This document shows positions 38,433 to 51,937 of a stretch of 64,000 nucleotides of DNA, piece by piece (within the stretch, counting starts at the first letter, position 1; every line of letters starts with the position of its first letter). Source of the stretch: Malacoraja senta (lineage: Eukaryota); contig CM075996.1 in the NCBI GenBank assembly GCA_038087875.1, forward strand, positions 7,752,001 through 7,816,000, in the 5' to 3' direction. The notes beneath the pieces were generated by a model. The model did not search any database. It worked only from the letters and a program-made list of their open reading frames with translations, and was not told the origin of the DNA. The position numbers and the translations under genes are program-made.

Positions 38433-40013
38433 ACCCCAAGATCTTTGACAAAGATCTGCTTTCAGGAATGTCGGCAACTATCCCTGCAAACGATGTTGAT
38501 GTCGGAGTTTGGAATGTTCTGCCACTGCTGCTGTTCGCGTCCATTCAAGCTGAATAGCCAGCTGTACGGAGGAAGCGGGCAATTTTCTGGCGCTATCGCA
38601 ATATGTTTCACTCGGCTGAATGAGCAGCGAAAGATCTTTTCCTCTGGGAGCATTTGTAGGTGAAAGAGGCGGTGTTTTGCATTGATAGATCAGATTTCAA
38701 GTGGTTCCTACATGTTTGTTTGTAAATTAAAAACTATGCAGCCACATTGTTTAAGAGGAATAAACAGGAAGTTTGAAAATTGCAGTGAAGAAAAGCAGAG
38801 GAAGTAGTGATTCTATTTTTGTTGTGTGAAAATGTGAAGCAAATGGAAGCTGCCCCACCAGTAGGAACCAACTATTATAATAACTGATTATAATAATAAA
38901 TTATTATAATAATTATTATTATATTTAGTAATTATATTATTATATTAATTAATATATTTAGATTTTGCGGAGCGCCAAGGCAAATTCCTTGTATGTGAAT
39001 ACTTGGCCAATATACTTATCATAACCGAGCAGGCTATTTTACATTTTGGCAACGCATCCAGATAGAGTGGTAAAGTATGGTAAGGTAAGCCTGTCTTAGA
39101 CAATAGACAATAGGTGCAGGAGTAGGCCATTTGGCCCTTCGAGCCAGCACCTCCATTCAATGTGATCATGGCTGATCATCCCCAATCAGTACCCCATTCC
39201 TGCCTTCTCCCCATATCCCCTGACTCTGCTATTTGTAAGAGCCATATCTATCTCTCTCTTGAAAGCATCCAGAGAACCTGCCTCCACCGCCCTCTGAGGC
39301 AGAGAATTCCACAGTTCTTCATAGGAAGGAACTATAGATGCTGGTTTAAACCAAAGATAAACACCACAAAGCTGGAGTAACTCAGCGGGACAGTCAGCAT
39401 CTCTGGAGGGAAGGAATGGGTGACGTCTCGGGTCGAGTCCCGCTGAGTTACTCCAACTTTTTGTGTCCATCTTCCTTGGTAGGGACGTTGAATATAATAG
39501 TCAGGAAGTCATGATCTAGCTCCACAAGACTTTGGTTGGGCTGCATTTGGAGTACTGTGTGCAGTTCCTTGTTGTCCCATTACAGGAAGGATGTGGAGGC
39601 TTTGGGGAGCATGCAGAAGAGGTTTTCCACATTGCTGCCGGGGGGGGGGGGGGGGGGGAAGTAGAGGGGAAGACAATGGGGACCCAGCGTGGGGGAGACC
39701 ACCCTGAAGAACAATGGGGACCTGGCGTGAGGGACGGTGGGAGAACAAAGGGGGACCTGGTGAGGGGTTACTCTAGTTTAGAATCCTCTGCCCAGGGGAT
39801 AAGTTTGTTTGTTCATTTGTTCCGGTGAAGGCGCTATGCACGCGGCAGCCAGACAACAGTCGCTTGTCTTTTATATTTTGTTTTCACTTTTAATTTCAGT
39901 TTTTTTTTTGTACTTTGAGTGTTGTGACAGTCGGCAGGCCAATTTCTCTCCGGGGATGAATAAAGTTTTGATATTATCTACAGTAGTCAGAACTTTTTTT
40001 CCCCAGAGGGCAG

Positions 40014-40330
40014 TCCCGGTGGCGCAGCGGTAGAGTTGCTGCCTTACAGCAAAATGCAGCGCCAGAGATCCGGGTTCAATCCCAACTACGGGCGCTGTCT
40101 GTACGGAGTTTGTACGTTCTCCCCTGCGTTGGTTTTCTCCGAGATCTTCGGTTTCCTCCCACATTCCAAAGACTTACAGGTTTGTAGGTTAATTGGCTTG
40201 ATTAATTGGCTCGATAAATGTAAAAATTGCCCGGTATAAAATTGTCCAACTTCCAGTGTGGAAGTTCCTAGTGGGTGTAGGATGGTGTTAATGTGCAAGG
40301 ATCGTGGGCCGGCGTGGACCAGGTGGACTC
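40014..40330 (+). mobile_element. HE1-type V-SINE
   Basis: A-box tggcgcagcggt, B-box gggttcaatcc, V-domain-like core. Confidence 0.85.
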
Positions 40331-41405
40331 TTCGGAAGCTACAAGGAAATGGTAAAGACCAGAGGGTATAGCTTAATGCTGAGAGAGGCTGGATTTAAAC
40401 GAGATGTACAGGGCAGATTTCTTTACACAGAGGGTAGTGAGTGCCTGGAACACGCAAAGTGGTGGAGGCAGATATGTTCGCGTCATTGAAGAAACTTTCG
40501 CACGGCACGGATACACAGGAAATGGAGGGATGTAGTTTATGAGCAGGCCGATAGGATTCGTTTATCTTTGCACCATGTGTGGCACAAACATTGTTAGCCG
40601 AAGGGCCTGTTCCTGTGCTGTACTGTTCTAGTATTATTAATAAAATGGGATTTATTAATAATCTCACAGTAAAGGATCCCCTAGGAAAGAGAATGATAGA
40701 ATTTCAAACTCGGTCAAGTATGGAAAAGCACACCAAAGCTCGCATCCAAAAAATAACTGCAACTCTATTGGTACACTCTGGAAATTGATTAAAAGGCAGA
40801 ATGGTTGATCAGCATACTCTAACACTTGCTGAATTTTATCAAATACCTTCAGAAAGGTATAATTTAGTAACAGAGCAACTAAGCAAGGGACACAAATTGC
40901 TGGCGGTAACGTTTTGGGTCGGGACCCTTCTTCAGACTCCATATTCTCCAGAGCTGCTGCCTGACCTGCTGAGTTACTCCAGTACTTTGTGTGCTTTTTG
41001 GGTAAACCAGCATCTTCAGTTCCTTGTTTCAACATATTAAACTAGAAGGATTCACTTTGAATGAATGAATAAGTTTATTGGCCAAGTATTCACATGCAAG
41101 GAATTTGCCTTGGTGCCTTTCTAAGGCTAATTAAGGAAGTCAGGATGGTATAAAATTGAAAAAGGTGTAAAATGTTGCAAATATTAGTTGCAGGCCAAAT
41201 GATTAGGATTTTTTTTAAAGAAAATGTCAAAGAATGACTAAAAATAAATAACAAGAAATTATATGAAATAAATTAGGGAATAATACAAAATAGGTTCTAC
41301 AGATATGCAAAAAGAGTAGCTAAAGTAAAGGTTGGTCCCTTACAGGACGAGGCCTGGAAAATAATAATGGGAATGAAGAAAGAGTAGAGATTCTAAATAA
41401 TTATA

Positions 41406-42700
41406 GTCAAGTCAAGAGAGTTTATTGTCATGTGTTCCAGATAGGACAATGAGATTCTTGCTTTGCTTCAGCACAACAGAATATAGTAGGCATGAATACA
41501 GAACAGATCAGTGTGTCCATATACCATTATATAAATATATATACACACATGAATAAATAAACTGATAAAGTGCAGATAAACAGATAATGGTCTATTAATG
41601 CTCACAGTTTTGTTTGAGTTGAGTTTAATAGCCTGATGGCTGTGGGGAAGTAGCTATTCCTGAACCTGGACATTGCAGTCTTCAGGCTCCTGTACCTTCT
41701 ACCTGAAGGTAGAGGGGAGATGAGTGTGTGGCCAGGATGGTGTGGGTCCTTGATGATGCTGCCAGCCTTTTTGAGGCAGCGACTGCGATAGATCCCCTTG
41801 ATGGTAGGCAGGGGCGGAAAACCCGGGGGGGCAGAGGGGACACGTCCCCCCCATGTTTTGAGTGGTGGGGGTCATCCCCCCCCCAAGTTTTTGTGATCCG
41901 TATTTTAAAATCTCTGCAGTTTCTGCGAGACTGGGGGTGGGACTGATGATCGAGGGTGCGATGATTGGAGGAGGGAGGAGTGTTGGGGGGGGGGGGGGTG
42001 GTGGGACTGAGGATAGAATGCGGTGATTGGAGGAGGGAGACGTGGCACAGACCTGCACCTCATCCGCAGGCAGGATCGATCCCGGCTGTGTCTCCGGCGC
42101 TGTCCCGAGTGCCCCCCCCCCCCCACAGGTGGCCAGAGAGGTCGGATGTCAGACGCGAGCTGTACCCCCAGGCCCACAGCCAGCGCAGAGAAACAGCGCT
42201 AAACCCAGCTCACTCTGCCTGTCTCGCCAGGTTAACCAGCCTGGGCTTGCGGGAAATATGGCCAGCGCTGGTGTCATGTCAGTCCAGGCAGAGCTGTAGT
42301 TAACCCGGTGAGACAGGCAGTGTTGAGCTGCATTTAGCGCTGGATTGAGCCTCCGAAGCCTCGCGCGCGTGTGTGTGAGTGCGCATGCGCGCGCGGCCGC
42401 CAAAAAATTGTCCCCCGTCCCCTCCATGTTTTGATAGCGAGTTCCGCTCTTGATGGTAGGGAGGTCAGAGCCGATGATGGACTGGGCAGTGTTTACTACT
42501 TTTTGTAGTCTTTTCCGCTCCTGGCCGCTCAAGTTTCCAAACCAAGCCTCGATGCAACCTGTCAGCATGCTCTCCACTGTGCACCTGTAGAAGTTAGAGA
42601 GAGTCCTCCTTGACATACTGACTCTCCGTAATCTTCTCAGGAAGTAGAGGCGCTGATGTGCTTTCTTTATAATTGCATCAGTGCTCTGGGACCAGGAGAG
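41406..42700 (-). mobile_element. Rex1/Babar LINE 3' fragment split by a hAT insertion
   Basis: Highly similar to 34979-35626 on both sides of 41809-42452. Confidence 0.88.
41809..42452. mobile_element. GC-rich hAT-type non-autonomous transposon, 644 bp
   Basis: 8-bp TSD atggtagg (41801-41808, 42453-42460); TIRs caggggcggaa / ttccgctcttg. Confidence 0.88.
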
Positions 42701-42804
42701 AACACTGCTTTGTAGCAGATGTTAAAGGATCCAGGTATAAAGGCCTATGAAGGGGTGAACAAATAATCTACCATTTGGGGAAAAGTTATTAGGCAAATCT
42801 CAAG

Positions 42805-43720
42805 TTCGAAAGGGTGCAGAGATGATTTCTGAGGATGTTGCCAGGACTCGGCCTATGGGGAGAGGTTGAGCAGGCTAGGACTCTATTCCTTGGAGCGCAG
42901 GAGGATGAGGAGTGATCTTTATAGAGGTGTGCAAAATCATGACGGGTGTAGACACACAGATTCTCATGGCCAGAGTAGGGGAATCATGAAACAGAGGGCA
43001 TAGGTTTAAGGCGAGGAGAGAAAGATTTAATAGAAACCTGAGGGATAACATTTTCACACAAAGGGTGGTGGGTGTATGGAACGAGCTACTGGAGGAGGTA
43101 GTTGAGGCAGGTGTTATCGTAACATTTAAGAAACATTTAGGCATGGATAGGACGGGTTTAGAGGGATACGGGCGAAACACTAGTGTAGTTAGCACATGTC
43201 GGCCAGTGTGGGAAAGTTGGGCCGAGGAGCCACTTTCTGTATTTCCACTCTGTATGGCTCTACCCTGATGACAAATAGGGCTAAAGGCTAACAAGTCCCC
43301 TGGACTTGATGGCTGCACATCATGGGTGTAAAATTCTATCAAAATTCTCTGGATTCTAGAGAGGTCCCAGGGGATTAAAAACTGCAAATGTAATGCCTTT
43401 TCATGAAAGGAGGAAAACCAGAAGCAGGAAACTACAGGCCAGGTTGTCTAACATCTGCCATTGAGGAAATTGTTAATGGAAATGATTATAAGAAGGTAAT
43501 GGCAGGACATTTAGAAAATGGTCAAACTACATTAACTTTGCTGCATTGTATTATGAAATGGATATTGTGTTTGGCAAATTTACTAGTGTTCTTTGAGAAT
43601 GTAGCATACGGGAAGGGTAAAGGGAAGCGAGTAACTGCAGTGTATTTGGATTTCGCTATGGTGCTCGATAACATGACAGAAAGATTACTGCACTGGGGCA
43701 CAAATGGTTGGGAGAATGAA
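42805..43720 (+). mobile_element. Older CR1 fragments (3' end, then RT-proximal piece)
   Basis: RVVGVWNELLEEVVEAG; KGGKPEAGNYRPGCLTS...VYLDF. Confidence 0.75.
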
Positions 43721-43991
43721 TTTTTGCACATGTAACAGAGTGATAACAACTCGAGACAAATGAGATTTTCAGGTATTTGAAATGCGACCAGATACTCTAG
43801 CTGACAAAACAATTGCAAAGGGTTTGTAGACAAAAATGCTGGAGAAACTCAGCGGGTGAGGCAGCATCTATGTAGCGAAGGAAATAGGCAAAGTTTCGGG
43901 TCGAAACCCTTCTTCAGACAAAACCCTTCTCCAGCTTCACAAGCAAAGGGTTTGTGCCTCCCTGCTTCACTATGCTGTTTGTATCAATTAG

Positions 43992-44321
43992 AGGGCCTGT
44001 CTCTCTTACGCGACTTTTTCGGCGACTGCCGGAACCCGTCATAGGTCGTTACAGATCGCCGAAAATGTTCAACATGTTGAAAATCCAGCGGCGACCAGAA
44101 CAAGGTACGACTCTTTGGGCGACTACTCATGACCATACAGGCTTCACCCCGTGACATGTCACCAGGGTGTCGCCTGTATGGTCGTGAGTCGTCTCCTAGT
44201 CACCCAAAGAGTCGTAGTGTCTTTCTGGTCTCAGCTGAATTTTCAACATGTTGAACATTTTCAGCGACCTATGACGGGTGCTGGAAGTCGCCGAAAAAGT
44301 CGCGTAAGTGGGACGGGCCCT
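43992..44321. mobile_element. Palindromic PIF/Harbinger-type MITE
   Basis: TIRs agggcctgtctctcttacgcgactttttcggcgact / agtcgccgaaaaagtcgcgtaagtgggacgggccct; the whole element is quasi-palindromic. Confidence 0.8.
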
Positions 44322-45315
44322 TAAAGCTCAGCAATTTGACTCATTCCTCCAACAGTCTAAATGTGGGGCTCTGGGGCGCCGGCTTCACTTGAATGGTGAT
44401 CCTGCATAGGTGAAGGCCCAATCTTGCAGACGATAAGTGTTCTGAAGCCCAGCATTCCTATCTTGATAGATATCGGGCTGTAATTTGAAGCAGAGAAGGC
44501 AGTTCTCTCCAGTGTCCTGACCAGTATTTATCCTTCAATGAATCTAAAAGCTGACTATTATGGCCCTGCTGTTTGAGGAAAGTCTGGTTCGATTCATTGC
44601 TTGCTGGATTTCCAACAATATACGGTTCAAAACTACATTGATAATAGCTATTTAGAATGTTCTGATATAACATATAAATATAAATACAATTTATTTTTCC
44701 TGGTTTACTGTGCTGTTTTGATTTTAGACCAGTGGCACAGCTGGTGGAGCTGCTACCTCTCAGCGTCAGACACCCAGGTTTGACCCTTACCTCAGATGCT
44801 GTTTGTGTGAGTTCATAGATTCTCCTTGTGACCGTATGGGTTTCCTCTGTGTGATCTGGTTGTGCGGGTTTGTAGGTTAATTGGGCCTCTGTAACATTGC
44901 TCCTAATGTGTTGGGATGAGAAAGCAGGATAACCTAGATCTGGTGTGTAAAGGTAATCGATGGCTAGCATGCTCTCGGTGGGCAGAAGCCCCTATTTCCA
45001 TGGTGTATTTCTAACCTAAAGTAAACTTGGACCAGTGCACTGCTGCACCCAGACCCACCAGCAGGCCTGGCTTACCTCCCCCCCCCCCCCCCCCCCCCCT
45101 GGACCATGAACCACCCGGACGGCCCGCATGCTGCCACGGACTGGGGATCCAGTCTGGAAACCCGCCCGGAAGCCCAGTCGCGTCCGTCCAAAGTGGAAGA
45201 GGTCGGATGGAGGAGGTGCACTGCCTCGACGGTGGAGTGGGCTGCTGGAGGTCCTACAACAGCATGGGGCCTGGACGGACCGGACCGGTCGCCGCTCCAA
45301 GAGGCCGAGCGCATG

Positions 45316-45915
45316 GACCTTCTGCAGTTGTATAGGGCTCTGGTGAGACCACATCTGGAGTATTGTGTCCAGTTTTGGTCTCCGGATTTGAGGAAGGACA
45401 TCCTTGTGATTGAGGCAGTGCAGCGTAGGTTCACGAGATTGATCCCAGGGATGGCGGGACTGTCATATGAGGAAAGATTGAAAAGTCTAGGCTTGTATTC
45501 ACTGGAGTTTAGAAGGATGAGGGGGGGATCTTATAGAAACATATAAAATTATAAAAGGACTGGACAAGCTAGATGCAGGAAAAATGTTCCCAATGTTGGG
45601 CGAGTCCAGAACCAGGGGCCACAGTCTTAGAATAAAGGGGAAGCCATTTAAGACTGAGGTGAGAAAAAACGTTTTCACCCAGAGAGTTGTGAATTTGTGG
45701 AATTCCCTGCCACAGAGGGCAGTGGAGGCCAAATCACTTGATGGATTTAAGAGAGAGTTAGATAGAGCTCTAGGGGCTAGTGGAATCAAGGGATATGGGG
45801 AGAAGGCAGGCACGGCTTATTGATTGGGGACGATCAGCCATGATCACAATGAATGGCGGTGCTGGCTCGAAGGGCCGAATGGCCTCCTCCTGCACCTATT
45901 TTCTATGTTTCTATG
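45316..45915 (+). mobile_element. CR1/HER1 LINE 3' fragment
   Basis: LYRALVRPHLEYCVQFWSPDLRKDILVIEAVQRRFTRLIPGMAGLSYEERL..., tttctatg repeat tail. Confidence 0.92.
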
Positions 45916-46624
45916 TCCAGATGCAGCCTGCAGTGGCACAGAGCAACAGTGGAGGGGTGGAGGACACCAACGGCCAAACTTGGCTAGGCCAAACCTGCAA
46001 TGCCGCCAGGATCACTGGCCTTCGTGGCCTGCACTTGCAACAACTGCGACTTGAAAATTGGTGCCAAATTTGGCAACTCTCTATTCTGACTGTACTACTT
46101 CTCTATACTTGTTCTGTATCTGAGATGCTTATCTAAGATGTACCCAAGTGTTTATGTCTGGTGATACTTGTACTGAACTGTATACAACAAAGAAGTTCAC
46201 CGTACCTGGGTACACGTGACAAATAAAGTACCATTGAACCACTATGACGATTAATTTGTGTGTTCAAACACTTTCATATGGATAAATATTAAACCCATCT
46301 CAGAGCATTTCCCAAATGTATTAAAACACACAGCACCGGTGTAAATTTGAATTGTGACAAACTAGTTTTGTTCAGAAGATACCAATTTTTGAGGTGATAA
46401 TCCGATATCTAAAACATGACGGTGCAAGAAGGTCTTTGAATATTTTCCAAATAATTGCAGGTTTAATGTCTGGTTTGACCTGATAATGCAGTGACCCTGT
46501 TAAAATTGCGTCTTGGCATTTAAATTGGGAAGTAGGGGGAAAAAAGGCATATGTGTAGTTCAACGATTTCTTGCTGCAAGCATGTGTGGGTTTGAGAGAT
46601 TTTGAGATGTTCTATTTTAAGTTG

Positions 46625-46930
46625 ACTTATTTACTGCCTATTATGCCTCCTGGTATGTAGGGCAAGCAACGAAAGTCCTCCACTCAGTAGTGTTGATTCC
46701 TTCAGTTGCTGTTTCCGTAACATATTTGTTTTACGAGACGGGGTTGTTAGCCCTGTGCTCAACCTCCAACCTGGAGGACCAGTGGATCGCTCTTCGTCTC
46801 GCCTCTACCCTTCCACCTGTCCAGCATGGGAGACCCTAACAGGAGACGAGTCTCCCGCTGGCATAGCTCTAGGGGTCACGGAGAAACACAAGCTCCCTGA
46901 CCACGACAAGGTTGCAATGCAGCGGGGAGG
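46625..46930 (-). mobile_element. RTE-related SINE
   Basis: ccttgtcgtggt 5' motif; ttagccctgtgctcaacctccaacctggaggacc block. Confidence 0.5.
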
Positions 46931-48773
46931 TATTTTGAGTTTAAATAGATTAAAACATTTCAAAACCTTCCCTTCAGCTCTGTATCCTTTAAAGAACCCA
47001 GCAGGCTGTGGCTAAACTACAACTATCTGTCTCGCTGCTCCACAATGATCTGCAAAAGACTACTATCTGTTTACAGAATACAGGCTTAAAGGGCGCAGGG
47101 TACCTTGAGCCTGTTCTGCTGTTTGCAATAGATCAAGGTCGATCTGGTTTTGCAGTACTGTGATTCTGTAATCCTTATACTCTTGCTTAACAGGCTATCA
47201 ATTTCATGTTTGAAAATTCCAATTACTACTGACCTTGAAGCAGAACATTTGGAGAGTTCCAGATTTTGATTACTCAGTCAGGAAGTACGTGTGGCCAGCT
47301 CCGTCATTGTTATGCCTCCTTGTTCCACACTCCCTGGCTAGAAACTTTGTTTCTCTGCATCCAACTTGTTTAAAAACCCAGTAATCTTCTGCCAAAGGCT
47401 CGGTTTAAATAGTCACTCTAATATATATTTTTTACATGTAAGGGAGTAACAGTCAATGTAAGAGAAATTAATTGGCTCAAAAAACCCTTGTTACAGGAAA
47501 GAAAATCTGTGATGTCTGACGCAGCTACTGGGAATGTTTGAGAGGAAGGCAGCGGAGGTCTGAATTAACACCAGCAAAAAGTGGCATCACCATTTTGTGA
47601 TTAGACATTCCCGAACTGCTTGACTGTGTCTTGTATCATTGTCTAGACTGTGAATGGACTTTGGGATTATCACCCATGGTACATTTTGTCAGATTAAGAG
47701 TTATTTTTATATCCAAAGGGGGGGGACACAGTGGCACACTTTACAGCGCCGGAAACACTGGTTCGATCCTGACCAAAGATCCTATAGCGGGATCCTGACC
47801 ACGGGTGTTGTCTGTAGGGAGTTTGCATGTTTTCACTGTGACTTGCGTAAGTTTTTTCTGGGAGCTCTGATTTCCTCCCACACTCCAAAGATGTACAGCT
47901 TTGTGGGTTTAATTGGCTTCTGTAATTTTTAATTATTGTGTGTGTGTGCGTGTCATTGTGCAAGTGTACGGGCCAGACTCGGTGGGCCAAACGGCCTGTT
48001 TCCGCGCTGTATCTCTAAACTAAAGTCTAATCAGTCTTATAGTCTGTTGAACAGTGACCTAAATAGGCATTATGCTTCTCATATTTTCTGAACAATTTTA
48101 CCTGTAGCTTCTTCCCATATGTTTGTATTTTGGTTGTTTAAACAAAAGTCACTTTACTCATTACGTAGGATTTCACCATGCATGCCAGCATAGATCAAGA
48201 GCTCCTGATACTGTAGGAGATGTGTTCCTGCAATTATTTCACTACCATTTAGTGAAGTGGAATTGCCAGAACTGTCTAGACCGTAATGTGTAAGGTATTT
48301 TAGATCGAGCAGTTCAAATGTCAATTGATATAATTTTATATGACTTTCTCATCTACAACAAATGTTACTTAATAGAATTGGAATAAGGGTAAAAAGAAGG
48401 TCTGCGTGCTCGTGGCATTTTATTTAAGTGACGTATTTATTTTTCATTGGGTGCATTTTTATGTGAAAGCAGACTGCAGCTCATCAAGGGTGCGGTGATT
48501 ATCCAGAGGTTACAGGCTCAGTCCATCGCAAGGTTAAAACAGCCTCTGCATTGATAAAGGCTGCTGGAAGAATGACAAACTATTTCCATACATTTGAGTG
48601 GCTGGTGAGGGGAAGGAGGTGAATTGTCCACATGTTCCCGACTTTTGGATTGTTTTCCGTTGGGGGAAGTTATCACTGATGTGAACTATCACAACTCCCA
48701 TGGTCAAATAGCCTACTGCTACTTAGCTTCTTAGACACCTACAGCAAAGATGGCTCACTGCATTCGATAACAA

Positions 48774-49322
48774 GACTAGTGAGACCACACCTGGAGTATT
48801 GTATGCAGTTTTGGTCCCTAATTTGAGGAAGGACATTCTTGCTATTGAGGGAGTGCAGCGTAGGTGTACAAGGTTAATTCCCGGGATGGCGGGACTGTCA
48901 TATGCTGCGAGAATGGAGCGGCTGGGCTTGTACACTCTGGAGTTTAGAAGGATGAGAGGGACTCTCATTGAAACATATAAGATTATTAAGGGTTTGAACA
49001 CGCTAGAGGCAGGAAACATGTTCCCGATGTTGGGGGAGTCCAGAACCAGGGGCCACAGTTTAAGAATAAGGGGTAAGCCATTTAGAACGGAGATGAGGAA
49101 ACACTTTTTCACAGAGTTGTGAGTCTGTGGGATTCTCTGCCGTGGAGGCCGTTCTCCGGATACTTTCAAGAGAGCTAGATAGGGTTTTTAAAGATAGCAG
49201 AGTTAGGGGATATGGGGTGAAGGCAGGAACAGGGTACTGATTGGGGATGATCAGCCATGATCACATTGAAGGGCAGAATGGCCTTCTCCTGCATCTATTG
49301 GCTATTGGCTATTGTCTATTGA
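48774..49322 (+). mobile_element. CR1 LINE 3' fragment
   Basis: LRKDILAIEGVQRRCTRLIPGMAGLSY...; ctattg repeat tail. Confidence 0.9.
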
Positions 49323-49408
49323 CTTGGCAGAAGTTTTGGAACTGATACCAAAAAGCCTTGGTATTGGCACAAAACATCAATCCTAACAAATGCTAGGTGT
49401 TGGGAGAG

Positions 49409-49692
49409 GTTTAGTTGAGACAGTGCGGAAACAGGCCCTTCGGCTCACCAAGTCCGCGCCGACCAGCGATCTCTGCACATTAACACCACCCCTCACACTT
49501 GGGACAATTTACACTTTATACCAAGCCAATTAACCTACTAAACTGTACGTCTTTGGAGTGTGGGAGGAAACCGAAGATCTCGAAGAAAACACACGGGGAG
49601 AACGTACAAACTCCGTACAGACAGAACCTGTAGTCGGGATTGAACCCGGGTCTTTGGCGCTGTAAGGCAGCAACTCTACCGCTGTGCTGCCC
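49409..49692 (-). mobile_element. HE1-type V-SINE
   Basis: Reverse complement of the SINE consensus seen elsewhere in the window. Confidence 0.85.
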
Positions 49693-51027
49693 CTTGTGGC
49701 AGTTATAGCTTGCATGTGATCAGTTCCTCTGGAAATGTGATATTATTTCTACACTTCATGGGATTCTACAAAACAGAACTTGGTCATTTGTCTCATCATA
49801 ACTGTGCCACCATTTTGAGAAAGCTACCAAGATCAGTCCCACTCCTCTGCACTTTCTCCAGAGCCCTAGAAATCAGATTTTGTGTTTATCCTTTTCACTT
49901 TTGAAAGTAGACACAAAATGCTGGAGTAACTCAGCGGGACAGGCAGTGTCTCTGGAGAGCAGGAATGGGTGACGTTTCAGGACGAGACCCATCTTCAAAT
50001 TCCAGTCTGAAGAATGGTCTCGACCCGAAACGTCACCCATTCCTTCTCTCCAGGGATGCTGCCTGTCCCACTGAGTTACTCCAGCATTTTGTGTCTATCT
50101 TCAATTTAAACCAGCATCTGCAGTTTTTTCCTACTTGCTTTTGAAAGTCATGGCTGAATCTGCTTTCACCATCTTTTTCAGCATTCCATTTGTCATATTT
50201 AGTGTTGGCTTTACTGCCCAAAATGAAAAACTTGATATACCTGTATGTGTGATGTACATAGGTGGCGGGAGTAAAATGGCTCCTTGCGTAGTATTCGATC
50301 CCTCCCAAGTTTGGCTTGAATTGGTGCCTCTTGGATGTGGCTTGTGTGGTAGTCCCAACCCCAACTCTGTTGCTGGTGTTAATTGTTCACTCCCACAAGG
50401 CGACTGTTCTACCTGTTACAAGATTCCCCCGGAGATCGGCTCAGCAGAAGTACTGAAAGAGTACTGTGCGGCCGGAGGGAGGGTGTGTGATGAAGCAACT
50501 TGCTGCAATTTAATGAAAGGTGGGGCATTGTGCACTGGTGCTAAAAATAGGAAATGCAATTGGTCCCAAGAAGTAATTGGGTGCAGCTGCAAAGATCAGA
50601 CCGAGACTAAAGTTCATTTGACATCACTTCATTGTAAGATGACAGCTGCCAAGTGAAACACAATCTAGGGTGTGTGAATTATAAAGTACAAATCAGATCG
50701 AACACTAATACCAGGCCATAGGTGCGGCTGTGATGTTTGGACAGTGTCCAGAGACGTTGGTTGGTGTCGGTAGTATGTGGATAGAAGTCTGACTTCTGAC
50801 ATGAGATTTGTTGGAGGCTGCGGTGAATAAGAGCTTGAGGGGTCGGGTCGGGTTCTAATTTGATTCTGGGTCTGAAAAATTCTCAATACGGTTTGTTGGG
50901 CAAATGCACGGCCTCTGGGGTAGTCTCGGCTTTAACTTTCTCCACCTTTCTCACTGTGTCAAGTATCGAGCAGAAAAAGTCTCAGATTTGACCCCTTAAT
51001 TGGGTTCACGTTAACCAATCTTAGCAT

Positions 51028-51285
51028 CATGGCACAGCAGTAGTACTGCATCCTTCCAGCACCAGAGACCCATTTCCGATCCTGACTATGGATGCTGCCT
51101 CAACGTAGTTTGTATATTCTCCCTGCGACCACGTGGGGTTTCTCCAGATCCTCTGGTTTCCTCCCACATTCGAAAGACGTACAGGTTTTGTAGGTTAATT
51201 GGCTTCTGTAAATTGTCCCTAGTGTGTAGGATGGAACTTAGTGTGTGGGTGATAGTTGGTCAGAAGGGCTTGTTTCCATGCTGTA
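51028..51285 (+). mobile_element. HE1-type V-SINE
   Basis: Degenerate A/B boxes, V-domain-like core, partial tail. Confidence 0.8.
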
Positions 51286-51937
51286 ACTAGAACGTCTCGC
51301 ACTCATCTGTCTTCCTCTGGATTGATTGCGAGGTTGAATAAAGGGGAGGTCATTTAAGACTGGGGTGAGAAAAAACCTTTTCACCCAGAGAGTTGTGAAT
51401 TCATGGAATTCCCTGCCACAGAGGGCAGTGGAGGCCAAGTCACTGGATGGATTTAAGAGATTTAAGAGAGATTTAGATAGAGCTCTAGGGGCTAGTAGAG
51501 TCGAGGGATATGGGGAGAAGGCAGGCACGGGTTATTGATAGGGGACAATCAGCCATATCACCCGAATGGCCTCCACCTGCACCTATTTTCTATGTTTCTA
51601 TGAATTGTCTCTGACTCTAGTATTAACAGGAAGAAATCAGCAGTTGTCCCTAATTTTGACCACTGTGTTAAAATCTACTTGAATGTGTCTGAATGATGAA
51701 TGAGGACAATATCAAGTTTGTGTGGGGAGGAGGGAGGGGGAGGGGGGGGGGGGTGGGTGAAGCCTGCAATCAACTAGATTGTCAACACGTTGAGTATCGT
51801 CTCCAGGGAAGAGTTGTTTGAGATACTGCATCCGTTGGCAAAATAGCATTCCAAATGTTACTGAGTTCCTGAGACAAACACGTCTGACGTGTTATGATTG
51901 TCCTTATTAACGCACCCTCCTTCTTTCCGCTCGACAG

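Noticed and set aside
38466..38659. CpG-containing stretch with an acceptor-like site as a cassette exon
   Set aside because: Weak donor, 194 nt would shift the frame, no recognisable peptide
38872..38960. AT-only stretch
   Set aside because: Simple low-complexity (ATT/AAT) sequence with no further structure
46890..46930. HDV-like fold at RTE-type 5' ends (ACC-UUGUCGU-GGU; also near 11890)
   Set aside because: The loop does not fit UYCHCGY, and I could not identify P1/P2 or J4/2
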